A stretch of DNA of 63,955 nt, counting the filler, from Octopus bimaculoides (lineage: Eukaryota), in the NCBI RefSeq assembly GCF_001194135.2. It is 11 parts of 9 records of this genome, joined end to end, with 100 filler letters (N's around TTAATTAATTAA, not from the genome) between each part and the next. Parts side by side here need not be neighbours in the genome. Positions count along the whole stretch, not along the records: positions 1 to 4,297 come from NC_068981.1; positions 4,398 to 13,342 come from NC_068991.1; 9 more parts are not named here. The stretch is one strand, 5' to 3'. A model generated the notes under the pieces. The model saw only the letters and a program-made list of their open reading frames with translations, was not told where the DNA came from and did not search any database. The first letter of the stretch is position 1; each line of letters begins with the position of its first letter. This document shows positions 1 through 12,524 of this stretch, piece by piece. The translations under genes were made by a program, and so were the position numbers.

Positions 1-70
<70 letters not shown>

Positions 71-856
71 TAGGGGAATTTTTTTACATTTTTTGAATAT
101 ATTGATTGGAATGAGATAACACCGAGCAACTTGTGCTTTGGGCATAGGTTCAGTGTGTGTATAAGTTTATATATAAATATCCATATACACAAATATTTAA
201 TTCATATATACCTGTTTCAGAAGCACTGGTCATGCAGGGCCACCACCTTAAACACGTATATGTTATATATATATACATGGTTCTCTATAGTAGTAACAAC
301 TATAGAATGCTGAGTTTTTAATAATAATGTAGATTTTCGCGTTTGAACATGTACAAAACAGTATGTGCGTAGTATTTTAAAACATTTTTCAAGTGTTTAG
401 CCTTATAAATATTTGCAGAAGTAAGACTTATATAATTAATATTTTATTTAAACATATAAATAATGACACTTTTATAACGTTTTACACGCTGAGCAAAAGA
501 AGAGAAAAAGCAGAAAATTGACAGAATGAAAGCGTCTTAGAAACAAATAGTTAGAATGGATAGACGGCAAATGGAGAGGCATATATGAAGAGAAAAGAAT
601 TTAATAGAATGACATGCAGAATAGTGGGAGGAGAAAATGAAATGAAAACAGAAACGAATAAAGAAAATAGTGTCTGCAAGAAATATGAAACTTTTATTGT
701 ATCGTAGCAAGTACATCGTGATATACCTAGTAACGTGAATAGTGTATAAGAATGAAGACATAAAAAAGAGAATAGAGATGGAGTTCGAAATGAGTACTTG
801 TAAGGAGGAGGAGTGCAAGAGGCTAAAAAGTTACAATGACATTTGTAAGCGAGTAG

Positions 857-953
<97 letters not shown>

Positions 954-2923
954 AATATATAGAGAGAAATAAAATTAGAACGAATATAAGAGAAGGTGAA
1001 AGAAACTGAAAGTAAAAGTAGTGTTTGGATACGAAGTGTAATATGATTGCACGATATTTATTTCATAACTGTAATGAATATTTATTTTATCATTTTCGGA
1101 TGCTCAGCAGTTGACATCTCCTTATCAATGTCTTTATGGCATCTCATAGTCCATCATCATGTCTAAGATACAGACATATCTCAGCTGTCGATGTACATTT
1201 TATACTAAGACTTCATTTAAGATTTCCGTGGCATGATTATTGCTTCCTTTTAATATCATAAAGAAATATTCTTCCAATGTCTATATAATATTGGACATCA
1301 ATATCTAATTTCTTTTTGATAATCGAAAACGCTGTCCATACAAGTCCAGATCGTCTATATAGAAAAGATATGCGGAGTTTTTTAAATTCAGATATCGACT
1401 TCTGACTTTTGAGAAGATATGACGAATTTAAAAAGAAACGTATGAAAAACCTGCAGAATGCCATTCTTGTATATATAATAGTAGATGTAATTACTTTTTA
1501 CTCAACTATCTGTATTATAGTTTTATAACATATCTTCCTTAGATGCTGAATAAAATTTGTTCATTGTTATGGGTATGCGGTTAATAATCCATATATGCAA
1601 TAATCTATGAAACCAACGAACCATTGAAGAAACCTCAACCTGTCTACTCTATTTGTTAGAATTAGCAGTCAAATTTCCTTTAAATTTCATGCTACAGACT
1701 TCAATGTAGATAAAGATAATGGATAACGACATGTATTTAATATAATATGCCAGAAACGAAGCCAAGTTATGACTGCTGGAATGCTGGTCGAACGATAAAT
1801 ATGAAAGAGAGGTTGTTAACGGTCTAATCGTTTACCAATGCTTGTCTATCTATCCATCTCTCTCTCTTTCTCTCTCTCTCTCTCTATCTATCTATCGATC
1901 TATCAATTTATTTATCTATCCATCTATTTATCGATCTGTCTGTCTATCTATCTATCGATTTATCTCTGTCTATCTATTTATCTATGAATCAAATTTTATA
2001 TCTATTTCTATATTTCTATATCCATAAACATTTCATATATGCTTAAACTTTTATATTCATAATATTTATATCCATGAACTTTTAAAACTATTATATCCAT
2101 AAGCCTATAAGAGAAACTTAAACATCCCAATACCTCCTTTTACTACAATATCTTTTATTATATTTATATTTTATCTTGTTTATTTTATTTTATTTTATTT
2201 CATCTGCTTTTAACTTTCCTCATTCACCGACTCGCGGCGATATTCTGTTATCTTTCTGTAGTCTAATAACGTTGCCTGCGATACATCAACATATCACATA
2301 TACACACATACACAGATAGACACACAGTGACACAGACACACATACACACACACATACAGATGGCGTAATATAAAGAACGAGAACAACAATATGGCAACGC
2401 ATGAAAAACAATCTTATCAAGTTAATACTTTAATAGAAAGTGAAATTGTTTTAATGTTTCGGGAGCTAGTCCTTTTTTTTTTTTTAAATAGGATTTAAAA
2501 GAACTTTAAACAGAGAGACAGTGATAGATACACATAATTGTGGAGAAAATAATGGGTGAATATTTAGAAATCAGATGCCAATCTTGTAGAAAAGAGCTAA
2601 ATGTTGCACAAAAGGTAGATGAGTGGATAAATTTCTGACTGTTCTTTGTGACTTGAAGAATGAACAAGTGTGAGTGGTGCGTGTGGAATGTATAGATTTA
2701 TAGAGGTTGCTTCGTTGGGGCGCAGGTGATGAGTGCGTCATCGTTAAGTGGATGACTGGAAAGCGTATACGCGACAAGTGTGGTTGAGAGCGTGAGGGAA
2801 TAAGGATGTTACTGAAACACATGGATTGCAGTGCAATGTGTGATTGATCTGTCTGCAAATGTGTAAGCAAATATATAAGTGGGGGATGATAATATTTTAA
2901 AGTAAGCTTTACATACACACACA

Positions 2924-2978
<55 letters not shown>

Positions 2979-4297
2979 ATATATATATATATATATATAT
3001 ATACACCCATGCACATACACATTTGCGTATATATCAGATGGTATTATGGCTGTACGCATATGAATCCCTCGCGTAAGTTGTAGATGGTTTTAATCTGAGA
3101 TTTAAAGACTTGGTGAGGAACGTTCGGATAGGATTTGAAGCCCAATAACAGCTTACATTACTAAAGAAAATTGTTATTTAAGGTATTCGGTGACACTCCA
3201 TTACAAATTACACATAGAAGCCACTCTATGGTCAGTTAATCATTTTTTCCTTGGCAATGCCTCGTAAATCACTACTAACGCTCGTACATATCAAGATAGC
3301 ATATCTGAATTCGATGTACATGGTATATAATTCAACTTGTGTAAAATGAGTAATTTATACAAAATAAAAGTGTGATAGTGTAAGAAAGAAACGTATATAC
3401 AGGAAGCCTACATGTAAGCAAACATTGGACTACGAGAAGTAATGAATGATCGATATAGTGAATATTTAACTGCATCTATGTTATTGAATAGATAAGCATG
3501 CTTAGGCGTTAAGCAAACTCTGTTTGATAATTTTATTTCTCTACCATACTGCACAAATATTTCATTGCTGTAGAAAGGGCTAAATATTTAGGTTATCATA
3601 CTCCGAATTTCGAGATAATAATTGAATTGCATATACAAGTTTTAAAAATATCGGATTAGAGACAACACAAAATCGTTTTATATCCAGAATACGGATTTTC
3701 TTTCTTTTTTTAAAATTTCGAAATGTTAACACTCATATTAAAATGAAGATTGAGATTAAGAATAATGGATGAATAAATATGTCTGCGTCAATCCATTCCC
3801 TTGCGTTCATCTTTATGAAATTGTGTAAGTATAAGGAAATACATATCTAAGCATTGTGCATATATAGAGTTAATGGACTACATTTTTGCACGACAAACGG
3901 AATCTATCTCCCCATTCGTGCCCAGCAGTTTAAAGCTAAGGTCAATATCAACATGATGTATTAAGGCCCTGTGAAACAGGGTCTATCTAACGAGAAACCC
4001 CTTATAACAGCAGCTGCGGAGACATTAGTGCACCGAGGGTTGCATCACAACTAGTTGTACAATGTCCCATCAGCGAGGAATCAATGCAGGGTAGCTCGAA
4101 AGGATCGTTGGGAACAATGAAGTTTCTCGTATATTCGAATTTCCTGTCATTAATTATATACTCAACCAGCACCCAGCACTGAGGAATTCTTGCGGTAAAT
4201 CCAGCAACAATTTTGCAAACACTACCACTGGCAGTGAACTTCATTCATCGGCTAATTACTAGGAACATGCTCAAAACTTGTATATTATATATATATA

Positions 4298-4397
4298 NNN
4301 NNNNNNNNNNNNNNNNNNNNNNNNNNNNNNNNNNNNNNNNNTTAATTAATTAANNNNNNNNNNNNNNNNNNNNNNNNNNNNNNNNNNNNNNNNNNNN
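4298..4397. other. Artificial 100-bp scaffold/contig spacer (N44-TTAATTAATTAA-N44); first of 10
   Basis: Identical 12-mer centred in 44+44 N at 4342, 13387, 20899, 24453, 36172, 41161, 47943, 53516, 60801, 62868; the 12-mer puts stop codons in all six frames. Confidence 0.95.
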
Positions 4398-5157
4398 TGA
4401 AAGATAGAGAAGTTTATTTCTTTGTAATAAAGACAGAGCAGTCTTGTCTGAGACGAAATAGGCAGGGAATGTCATAGAAAGATAATGCATACTAAATTGA
4501 AGAAAAGAGGAAAGCTACAGAGGAAGAAAGTGTGTGTGTGTGTGAGAGAGAGGGAGATAGTTATAAACAGAGACGCGTGAGTGAATAGAGTAATGCAAGC
4601 TTGAGATAATCGTTTAAGTTAGTGTATTAACAAAATAAAATAAGCAATTTGTATATCATACTTGAAATAAATATACTGCTGGAAGCCTTCTAAACTGCAG
4701 TATTCGTCGCGAGAAAGCATCTCTTATAGGCATATAGTGTAAAAAAAAAACTATTTCAGTAGCAGCGGTGGTATTGCTGAATCTGGATTTTTGCTTCTTT
4801 GCACTTCATCGGTGGCACGTATCCACTGACAGCACATACTAAGCGAAAATCAGCCGAGAATTGATATAGTTAAATAGTGATTGAAAACTCACCGATGTTG
4901 CAATTAGCCGGCAAGAAGAATAAAAATTCGTTATTAGCTTAGTTACAGGCTGATCTTAGATAAGGCATAGCACCCGTTCAGCCACCCTGCCAGGGCTACG
5001 GTGAAGTCATGGGACTGCAGCATGATGGATTGTGAAAAGGTAGTAGAAGAGCTCAACNNNNNNNNNNNNNNNNNNNNNNNNNNNNNNNNNNNNNNNNNNN
5101 NNNNNNNNNNNNNNNNNNNNNNNNNNNNNNNNNNNNNNNNNNNNNNNNNNNNNNNNN

Positions 5158-5970
5158 AGGTCTTAGTGGAATACCTTCCTTGTGAATCTTAGGGAGACCG
5201 TACATGTATGGTAGTTTACAGTAGTGTTGAGTCAGCTGTCTGTACTTCATTGGTGTGAAGTGATCCTTGTTCTTGATCAAGATCTGTGACAACTTCCTCT
5301 CTGTTTTCAGAGTTGGGTCTTTCTTTACTCTACTGTAGCTACCATCACTTATAAGACTTGCCAATTTTTCGGTGTAGTCAGACTTGTTCATCACCACTGT
5401 AGCATTTCCCTTGTCCGCTGGGAGAACTATGATGGAATTTTCTCCTTGTAGCCTTTTGATAGCGAACTTTTCTTCCTTAGTGATGTTTGGTTTGGGAAGT
5501 TTCGCTTTCTCACCTTATTTCATCTCCCTGAGCTTTCGGTATCTTTACCGCTATCTCTTCAATAGTATGGAATGCGCTTGATGGTTGTCGCAAAGTTGAG
5601 ACCTTTGTTCAGTACGGCTTCTTCGGAGTCTTCCAGACGTCGGCTACTGCTTTCACAGGTGGGTGATGGACTTCAGTCTTCATTCTCCGACCTTTGAGTT
5701 TCATAAACTTCTTAATCTGGCGTGTCTTCACTGTTTCAAATTCTTTCATGTACGATTTTCCTAGATCTTGTTGGATTCTCTTTCTGTCGTCATCTCTAGT
5801 TATTTTCCTAAGTAATGAAGATTTCGTTATTTTGTTGATGTTTTTTCCAACGGTTGTAATGGATCCTCTTCTAGCTTTATATGAATCTACTGGTGTCATT
5901 ATATTCAAGCCAGGTGGTATTAGCTTTATGTCTCTACATCTACACAGGAAAGTTAGATGGTTTGAAAGAC
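5158..5970 (-). mobile_element. Penelope-like element (Penelope/Poseidon type), N-terminal and pre-RT part of the ORF, frameshifted
   Basis: Minus-strand translations give LNKGLNFA, KPNITKEEKFAIKRL..IIVLPADKGNATVVMNKSDY and YMYGLPKIHKEGIPLRP, which are hallmark PLE pre-RT/RT motifs. Confidence 0.9.
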
Positions 5971-5974
5971 GAGC

Positions 5975-6014
5975 TAGTTGTTCTATATTTAAGAGATGAG
6001 GAATTATTTACATT
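5975..6014 (-). repeat. 3' tail of PLE terminal repeat (pLTR), reverse copy
   Basis: Reverse complement of aatgtaaataattcctcatctcttaaatatagaac, which occurs on + at ~6976-7010; truncated by an N gap. Confidence 0.8.
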
Positions 6015-6407
6015 NNNNNNNNNNNNNNNNNNNNNNNNNNNNNNNNNNNNNNNNNNNNNNNNNNNNNNNNNNNNNNNNNNNNNNNNNNNNNNNNNNNNNN
6101 NNNNNNNNNNNNNNNNNNNNNNNNNNNNNNNNNNNNNNNNNNNNNNNNNNNNNNNNNNNNNNNNNNNNNNNNNNNNNNNNNNNNNNNNNNNNNNNNNNNN
6201 NNNNNNNNNNNNNNNNNNNNNNNNNNNNNNNNNNNNNNNNNNNNNNNNNNNNNNNNNNNNNNNNNNNNNNNNNNNNNNNNNNNNNNNNNNNNNNNNNNNN
6301 NNNNNNNNNNNNNNNNNNNNNNNNNNNNNNNNNNNNNNNNNNNNNNNNNNNNNNNNNNNNNNNNNNNNNNNNNNNNNNNNNNNNNNNNNNNNNNNNNNNN
6401 NNNNNNN

Positions 6408-6740
6408 GTTGTTGTGTCCTAGCATATGTGCTGCTTCTTTTAGTTTTCGTATTTTCCAGTGTTGTTCCCTGTCTATTATTTTAACTTCATCCCACCGGGA
6501 GAGGTGGTTTCCATTTTTCCATACATGATCAGCTATACCCGATTTATCGATATCTCATCGTGTCACAGCTTTGCGATGTTCTTCTACCCTTATTTTGAGG
6601 GGGCGTCATGTTTCGCCTTTGTATAACCTACCACAGCTGCATGGGATGGAGTACACGCAGATTTTTGGTCATATTCTCTTCTGTTAGTGGTTTTACCCGA
6701 AGGAGATATTTGCGAAGTGTTGTATTGCTCTTGAATACTG
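6408..6740 (-). mobile_element. PLE GIY-YIG endonuclease region (degenerate)
   Basis: Minus strand, with frameshifts: IFKSNTTLRKYLLRVKP..VYSIPCSCGRLYKGET.RPLKIRVEEHRKAV..KSGIADHVWKNGNH..WDEVKIIDREQHWKIRKLKEAAHMLGHNN. Confidence 0.88.
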
Positions 6741-6844
6741 CCCTGATGTCATATGTCCGAGTTCGATTCACGGCAGCGACCTGATTAATAATAGTAATAA
6801 TAATAGTAATATATTAATAATAATAATAATAATAATATTAATAG

Positions 6845-7011
6845 TAACATCGATAGGAATGAGAACCCAGGTTCGAAATTTCCCCAAGACACCTGACGAA
6901 GGCTGGAGGGCATATCAGCCGAAACGTTGTGTTAACAACAAACAAGATGAGGACGAATATCCGTCAAATGTAAATAATGTAAATAATTCCTCATCTCTTA
7001 AATATAGAACT
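6845..7011 (+). mobile_element. PLE terminal repeat (pLTR), opposite orientation to the adjacent PLE body
   Basis: Contains a hammerhead motif and ends in the same tail as 5975-6014 (-) and 58205-58253 (+). Confidence 0.75.
6888..6933 (+). ncRNA. Minimal type-I hammerhead ribozyme motif
   Basis: Stem I GACAC(6888-92)/GTGTT(6929-33); core CTGACGA(6893-99)+A; stem II GGCTG/CAGCC; GAAA(6921-24); palindromic helix III ACGT; predicted cleavage after GUU (6928). Confidence 0.8.
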
Positions 7012-7353
7012 AATAATCGGTGACCATAAATTTCATTTGAAGTAGCTTCGGTTTAGAAAAGTACTTTAGTGCTTTACCTCGCTCCATCTACAACGTGAAA
7101 AGTTGTGGACTATATATTATTCGTTTTTGCTATATTTTACAACACGGTTGATATAAATTGTTTGCTGCACTAAAGAAATGCTAAGTAGATTTCCTAATGG
7201 TCATTTTTTTTTTGTTCGATGTGTGCAGTAGCTACTTGTTGAAATTTGAATGCGATGCTAATGTCAGGAACCTGTTGAATGTCTAACGTTTAGTTCTTCT
7301 GCAACCCCTCGATTTATTTTGTGTGAGTCTGTTACAATAATGGCTACCATGTG

Positions 7354-7640
7354 AAGGCGCCTGGCTTAGTGGTAGATTACTCGGCTCACGATTGTAAGGT
7401 CGTGAGTTCGATACCCGGTGTTACGTTGTACTTGAGCAAGACACTTTATGAATGATACCTGTGTTTCAAAGGGCCAGCCTTGGCACATTCTGTTCCACTT
7501 TGAATCTCCCAGAGAAGCATGTTAAGGGTCCGCGTGTCTGTGGAGTGCTCAGCTACTTGCACGTTAATTTCACGATCAAGCTGTTCCCTGGATCGGATCA
7601 ACTGGAACACTTGTCGTCGTACCCGACAGTGCTAGTTTAG
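7354..7640 (+). mobile_element. tRNA-derived SINE, family 1 (internally deleted copy)
   Basis: A-box tggcttagtggt and B-box-like gagttcgatacc; 3' half nearly identical to 17730-17900 (gtgtctgtggagtgctcagc.acttgcacgttaatttcacg..gatcggatcaactggaac). Confidence 0.85.
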
Positions 7641-8357
7641 TTTATATATTTATTTATTTTTTTTTTTATGACCACCATAATTAATCGTTGACAGTCACGG
7701 AAACCGTGAGGGTTTGACAGATTGCAAAAGGAAAGTGGAATTAGAAGTCACAGTGATATTAACATTTGTGTGCAAGCAAAAACGCACATACAGACATATA
7801 CGCAACCTTTCCCATTTTCAAAGCTTTCATCTGCACTACAAAACTTTTGGGCCTGAAGTTGAGTAGTTAGTTAAAAGCCCTCAGTAGTTTCCATGCCTCA
7901 TAAAATAAAATCTCTTTTGTCCTATTTCAATTTGACAGCCTAAGATATGCAAAAAGAAAAAAGAAAAGCAAAACGTTTGTCATGAATCAACAGACTGAAA
8001 TATATGCTTCCAACTTGTAAATTGAAACGCAGTTTAACAGATTTTTTTTTTTTTTTAATAGATATAAAAGTTTAAGATAACATAACACTTAACTACGTCA
8101 TAAAACCTGAATGCCTTCCATAGTCCTCTTCGATAAGAACTAGAGCGAAGATACAGAGCAACAAAGCTATATTGATTTATTAAAATAAAGTGACAACCAT
8201 GAGACATATAATGTTTATTAAGTAAATAAATGTGAAAAGTTTGTCATTCTCAGTAATTCTTCTTGAAGTAAATATCAAAGCGTTAATATTTGGTTGACTA
8301 CGGTCATATATACACACTACCATCTTCGCAGACCAGCGTATTGCATGTAGGCATCAC

Positions 8358-8367
8358 TATATATAAG
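8358..8367 (+). promoter_or_regulatory. Candidate TATA box for the CYP gene
   Basis: TATATATAAG ~65 nt upstream of the ATG at 8431; such motifs are common in AT-rich DNA. Confidence 0.3.
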
Positions 8368-8430
8368 GTTTGATTTTGAGAAGAAATATATTTAGCCGTG
8401 ATCGTGAAAGTGACAGCAACATCAGAACTA

Positions 8431-8806
8431 ATGATGGGTGCCTTCATATTTCAATATTTTACAGAAATCATTAATGTTCAGTGCTTTTTAATCGGATTAG
8501 TTACTCTTCTCATCGCACGATGGTTTATGGCACGATCAAAATGCACCTACAATCTACCTCCGGGTCCAACATCTTTTCCAATAATAGGAAATTTACCTCA
8601 GATAATTACAGTCACAGATCTTAGTGTGAAAATGAAAGAACTTCGAAAACAATATGGAGGCATTTTCAAAATCGATGTCGGTTTTGACACTATGATAATG
8701 GTATGTAAAACAGAATGGATTTTGGAAGGATTGGTCAAGAAAGGAGATCAACTAAAAGGAAGATCCAATTGGTTCTATCTTTTTGATAAAGTATTTCAAA
8801 AGAAAG
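8431..8806 (+). CDS. Cytochrome P450, CYP2 clan, coding exon 1
   Basis: N-terminal membrane anchor (CFLIGLVTLLIARWF), Pro-rich hinge NLPPGPTSFPIIGNL, then KELRKQYGGIF..EGLVKKGDQLKGR; ends phase 1 at AAG|GCAAGT. Confidence 0.92.
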
Positions 8807-8868
8807 GCAAGTCATACATTTAACAAATGTATTCTTTCTTTTTTTCTCTTCATATGTATATATCTAGA

Positions 8869-9400
8869 TGCGTGGACCTTCCGATTTCTCCAGTCCGATC
8901 CTACCACCCTCTTTGTTTTCTCTAAACCAATTCTCCCCTCCTTCAAACGCGGCCGAAGTCTACATGACGTACTAGTTCGTAGCTCCCTCCCTCACTCCCA
9001 CCCATCTTGCATCTTTCCCCTGCTCCGGACCTCTATTCAACACCTCTCTGTTCATCACCAATATCACATCTGTCACTGGAACCAGCCAACATACTATTCA
9101 CATCCGTAACTCATTCTCTTGTATCTCTTCTAATACCATCTATTGTCTCAAATGTACCTTTTGTGGTTCTTTACATGCTGGACTGTCTAGCCGACAGATC
9201 TACAGAACAATTACGAGATATCCGCCTTCAAAAACATACCCACGTCGCTCGTCACTTCTGCTCGGCCAACCACTCCCCTGAACACCTCAGTGTCTTCGGC
9301 CTGGTCTTACACCAGGGAACTACCACCACCAGACTTCGCTAGGTGCAACGGTACATTTTCATGCTAAGAATCCATACACCGTTTGGACATTACAGCCTTC
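8869..9400 (+). mobile_element. PLE (Neptune-like) C-terminal/GIY-YIG remnant in CYP intron 1
   Basis: Frameshifted translations LQSDPTT..FSKPILPSFKRGRSLHDVLVRSSL, LADR.TEQLRDIRLQKHTHVARHFCSANHSPEHLSVFGL and QRYIFMLRIHTPFG match the Neptune-type GIY-YIG region. Confidence 0.8.
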
Positions 9401-9976
9401 TTGTAACAGCTTCCAACTTCCTTCTTCGTTCTCCTTTTCTCTCTCCACTTACCTTTCACACACTTCCACACACCTACATAGGTAACTTACAACTCCAGCA
9501 CTCAATTCAATATACATATCTACTGTACACAGACGTACAAGAACATTTACCTATTATCATAAACACGTACAAAAAAGCTCCTCATCGACACAAATACGCA
9601 AATACAGACATACACTCATACACACACACACACACACGTACAAACAGCGATGCACACACATTCACCCGCACATTACCCATCCTCTCAACCCCACGTCCGA
9701 TTACTGCTGAGTCTTACACTGTTATTCCCTTCAGCTACTAACCTGTTACATCTATTCTTTCATACATAAACACAAACAAACACCCGCACATATACTATCA
9801 TTTCACGCAGCACTCGCTAACATACAAACACGCTACATGAAACGCGCGCACGCGCACACACACACACAAAAGACGTATATACACATATACACACACACAC
9901 TCGCACACAATGGTCATTTTTAGCACTGTCTTGTCTTCAAAGACTACATTCCCTATCTCTCCAACTTCCTGTCAAG

Positions 9977-10163
9977 ATAGAAAACTAGGAGTGAAAATGA
10001 GGTTTCGAGCTTAGCTCTTCGTCGGAAAGAGTCCAGTTAATGTAACAACGCATGTGCTTTGCTCCAGACTATTTGCTCCTACCGTTATTTCCTCCTCTCT
10101 AGAATTTTCCTCTTTCCGACGAAGAGCTATGCTCGAAACGTCATATTCACGCCTATCATTTCT
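9977..10163. repeat. Inverted pair of PLE terminal-repeat fragments, each with a degenerate hammerhead core
   Basis: gtgaaaatgaggtttcgagcttagctcttcgtcggaaagag (9991-10031) is the reverse complement, with few mismatches, of 10109-10149; + copy reads CCGACGA-A-GAGC-tat-GCTC-GAAA-CG-TC. Confidence 0.75.
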
Positions 10164-11050
10164 TTCTAAAACTTTCACTGAACATTAATCTAATACATTC
10201 CTCATGTACGTCCAATTGATGTGTTTACCTATCTGTTGTTTTGTTTTGGTGGGGGATATTTGCCTATATATATATATATATATATATATAGCTTACACCT
10301 ATTGAAGTTCGGTAAATAATTTCTTGTTTCCCTGTTTCCCTGACATTAATATAATCCCTGATTTCACTTTGTACTTAGTTAACACTTTTTTCTGAAGCTT
10401 ATGGATATTGACATCTGATACCAAGTTATTAGCATTGCTATGCCTAAGCAAAATATTAATATGTGTGTGTTTGAATGGACTCATTTATATGTATGCGCTT
10501 TCTTGTATTCTTATGTCCTTTCAGTAAACAAAGCGTTTGCTCAGCATCATAACAGAAGAAATATTTCATTTTTCGGAAGAAAATAAATATACTCATCTAT
10601 GCAATACACAATTCGACATTTCATCATAGATTCATACAAACACACACACACACGCACATGATATCCTGCGAGGGTGGAAAGATGTGATATTTCCAATGCA
10701 GCGCTCAACCTGAGCCTGAGCCTATCTACACTCTTTAATTGTAGTCTTAAGTAAGATCGAAATTTTCAAGGTGTAGAAAATCCAGGTGTCACAATGGTAA
10801 AACCATTGTGTGGGTTTAGGGAAGTGTAAAATATAATCTAAACTAAAGGACAAAGAAAGAGTCTAGCACATCTTTAATGACCAGTTACATTTGTTTCTGT
10901 ACCAACTCTATTTTCAAAGGCAGTGTGTGTATGTATATTTATATTCTCTTATTCTTTTATACGTTTTAGCCATGAGGCTTCAGCCATGCTGGGGCGCCGC
11001 CAGTAAGCTAATAGCCACATTAAAAAAATAACGTAACTCAGTATATTATA

Positions 11051-11177
11051 CAGGGTGTCCACAAAGTCTGGGTACATGGAGTAAATAAAATCATAACATA
11101 AACAAATAAATATAAGAAATAATAATTTCTTAAAGTATGTGTTAATCCACATGTACCCAGACTTTGTGGACACCCTG
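11051..11177. mobile_element. Tc1/mariner-type MITE, 127 bp
   Basis: Perfect 28-bp TIR cagggtgtccacaaagtctgggtacatg at both ends; TA duplication at 11049-50 and 11178-79. Confidence 0.93.
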
Positions 11178-12524
11178 TAGTACGTGAATTCCTTCGAATT
11201 ACGCCTTATTAGGAAATGACTCATTGGTTGGTTAATGTAATTCTGTATATTAAAAAAAACAGAAAGGCCATAAATATGTGTTTATATATATGTAGTTAAC
11301 ACTACAGATAGTAGTAATCTACTATCACAGCGAGTTGGAATTACCATGCCTTCACAACGGAACGAAAGGACCACGTGCGCATGCAAGAAATAACAGTAAA
11401 CTATGAATGTCATTCTCAATTTTAATTTCAATTTTATTTTATTAATAGCCCTCTTCTCTTCTCACATATTTTATACTCACTTTTGATAAGGTTTAAAAAA
11501 AAAACCCAAAACATGTAATGTAAATTAATTAAACACCCAAAAACGTTTTTTTCAAAAAAGTAGCATTTTCATTTTTATTTATCTTTAATATCNNNNNNNN
11601 NNNNNNNNNNNNNNNNNNNNNNNNNNNNNNNNNNNNNNNNNNNNNNNNNNNNNNNNNNNNNNNNNNNNNNNNNNNNNNNNNNNNNNNNNNNNNNNNNNNN
11701 NNNNNNNNNNNNNNNTATATATAACCGGCCGAAATTGCAAGGAGAATCTGGATCTCGACAGAAGAGAGAAAACTCCGAATGACCTGTCCGTGTTTTCTTT
11801 GTATCGTCTATCTGGATGTTTTGTCCCTTTCTTGTATCACCTAACTGTCTGGAGGTTTTGTGTTCTTGTCCCATTCTGTATTATACGTATATATATGATG
11901 GATTCTCTTGTCGTGAACGACAAACGGGGCTTCAATAACATAAAGCGTTAATGATGTTCTATGGACACGAATGTGTCTCTTGGGGGCCTGCTGGTGTCTT
12001 GCAAACCTTTTGGCAGATAGAACAAGTAGAAGTCTCAGTTTGCTTGTGTGCTTGTGGATCATTTACTATGTATTTTCTTGAGTGGACAGCAAGGCTTGCT
12101 TTGCATTACGCCAGAAAACCACAACGACAGGTAAGGTTTTCATTTAGAGAAGTAGCGTCATATATATATATATATATATATACATATGTGTGTATGTATA
12201 TATATAATCACAAACCAGAAGGAAACTACTAAGAAGGCATTGGTTCTATTATAATTTAGGATTTGACAAGTTGTAATTCCAAATCGCTAAAACTCATAAA
12301 CGTCACTCATGTCTATTTTCTTATATAGTACAAGTCTTTTCTGAGCAAGAAAAAGAAATAATCTTCTGTACATATTTGATACATACATTAATCTAATATC
12401 CATGTTTGAATTTCCCTCTTGTGCGTAATTTATTTATATTTTCTAATTTTCTTATCAGTTTTAAAAATCCACCCCACCAAATAAATGTTTGAACGTTCTT
12501 TTCTTACCCTCATAATTGTTTCAG

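Noticed and set aside
537-972. ORFs with poly-SL / poly-ER tracts (and similar YI, HT, CV, poly-L/K/S ORFs throughout)
   Set aside because: Translations of microsatellites or of N-gaps; no family motifs.
2532-2640. Short frame MGEYLEIRCQSCRKELNVAQK with CxxC
   Set aside because: Under 30 codons, no convincing splice pair or second Cys pair.
4002-4244. 80-aa minus-strand ORF in unique sequence
   Set aside because: No recognisable motif or splice signals; length expected by chance.
4342-4353. TTAATTAATTAA as a biological repeat or CRISPR-like array
   Set aside because: Always centred in exactly 88 N; assembly spacer.
7354-7430. tRNA genes at SINE heads (also 17537, 24400, 29346, 39524)
   Set aside because: A/B boxes present but no full cloverleaf, and each continues into a shared SINE body.
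11716-11780. accggccgaaattgc..tctcgacagaa, possibly the 3' half of another hammerhead/pLTR (similar text at ~21370-21400 on minus)
   Set aside because: The CUGANGA half is in a gap or degenerate; structure cannot be closed.
11951-12136. ORF ending at a strong donor (CAG|GTAAGG) inside CYP intron 1
   Set aside because: No P450 similarity and no good upstream acceptor; probably a chance donor.
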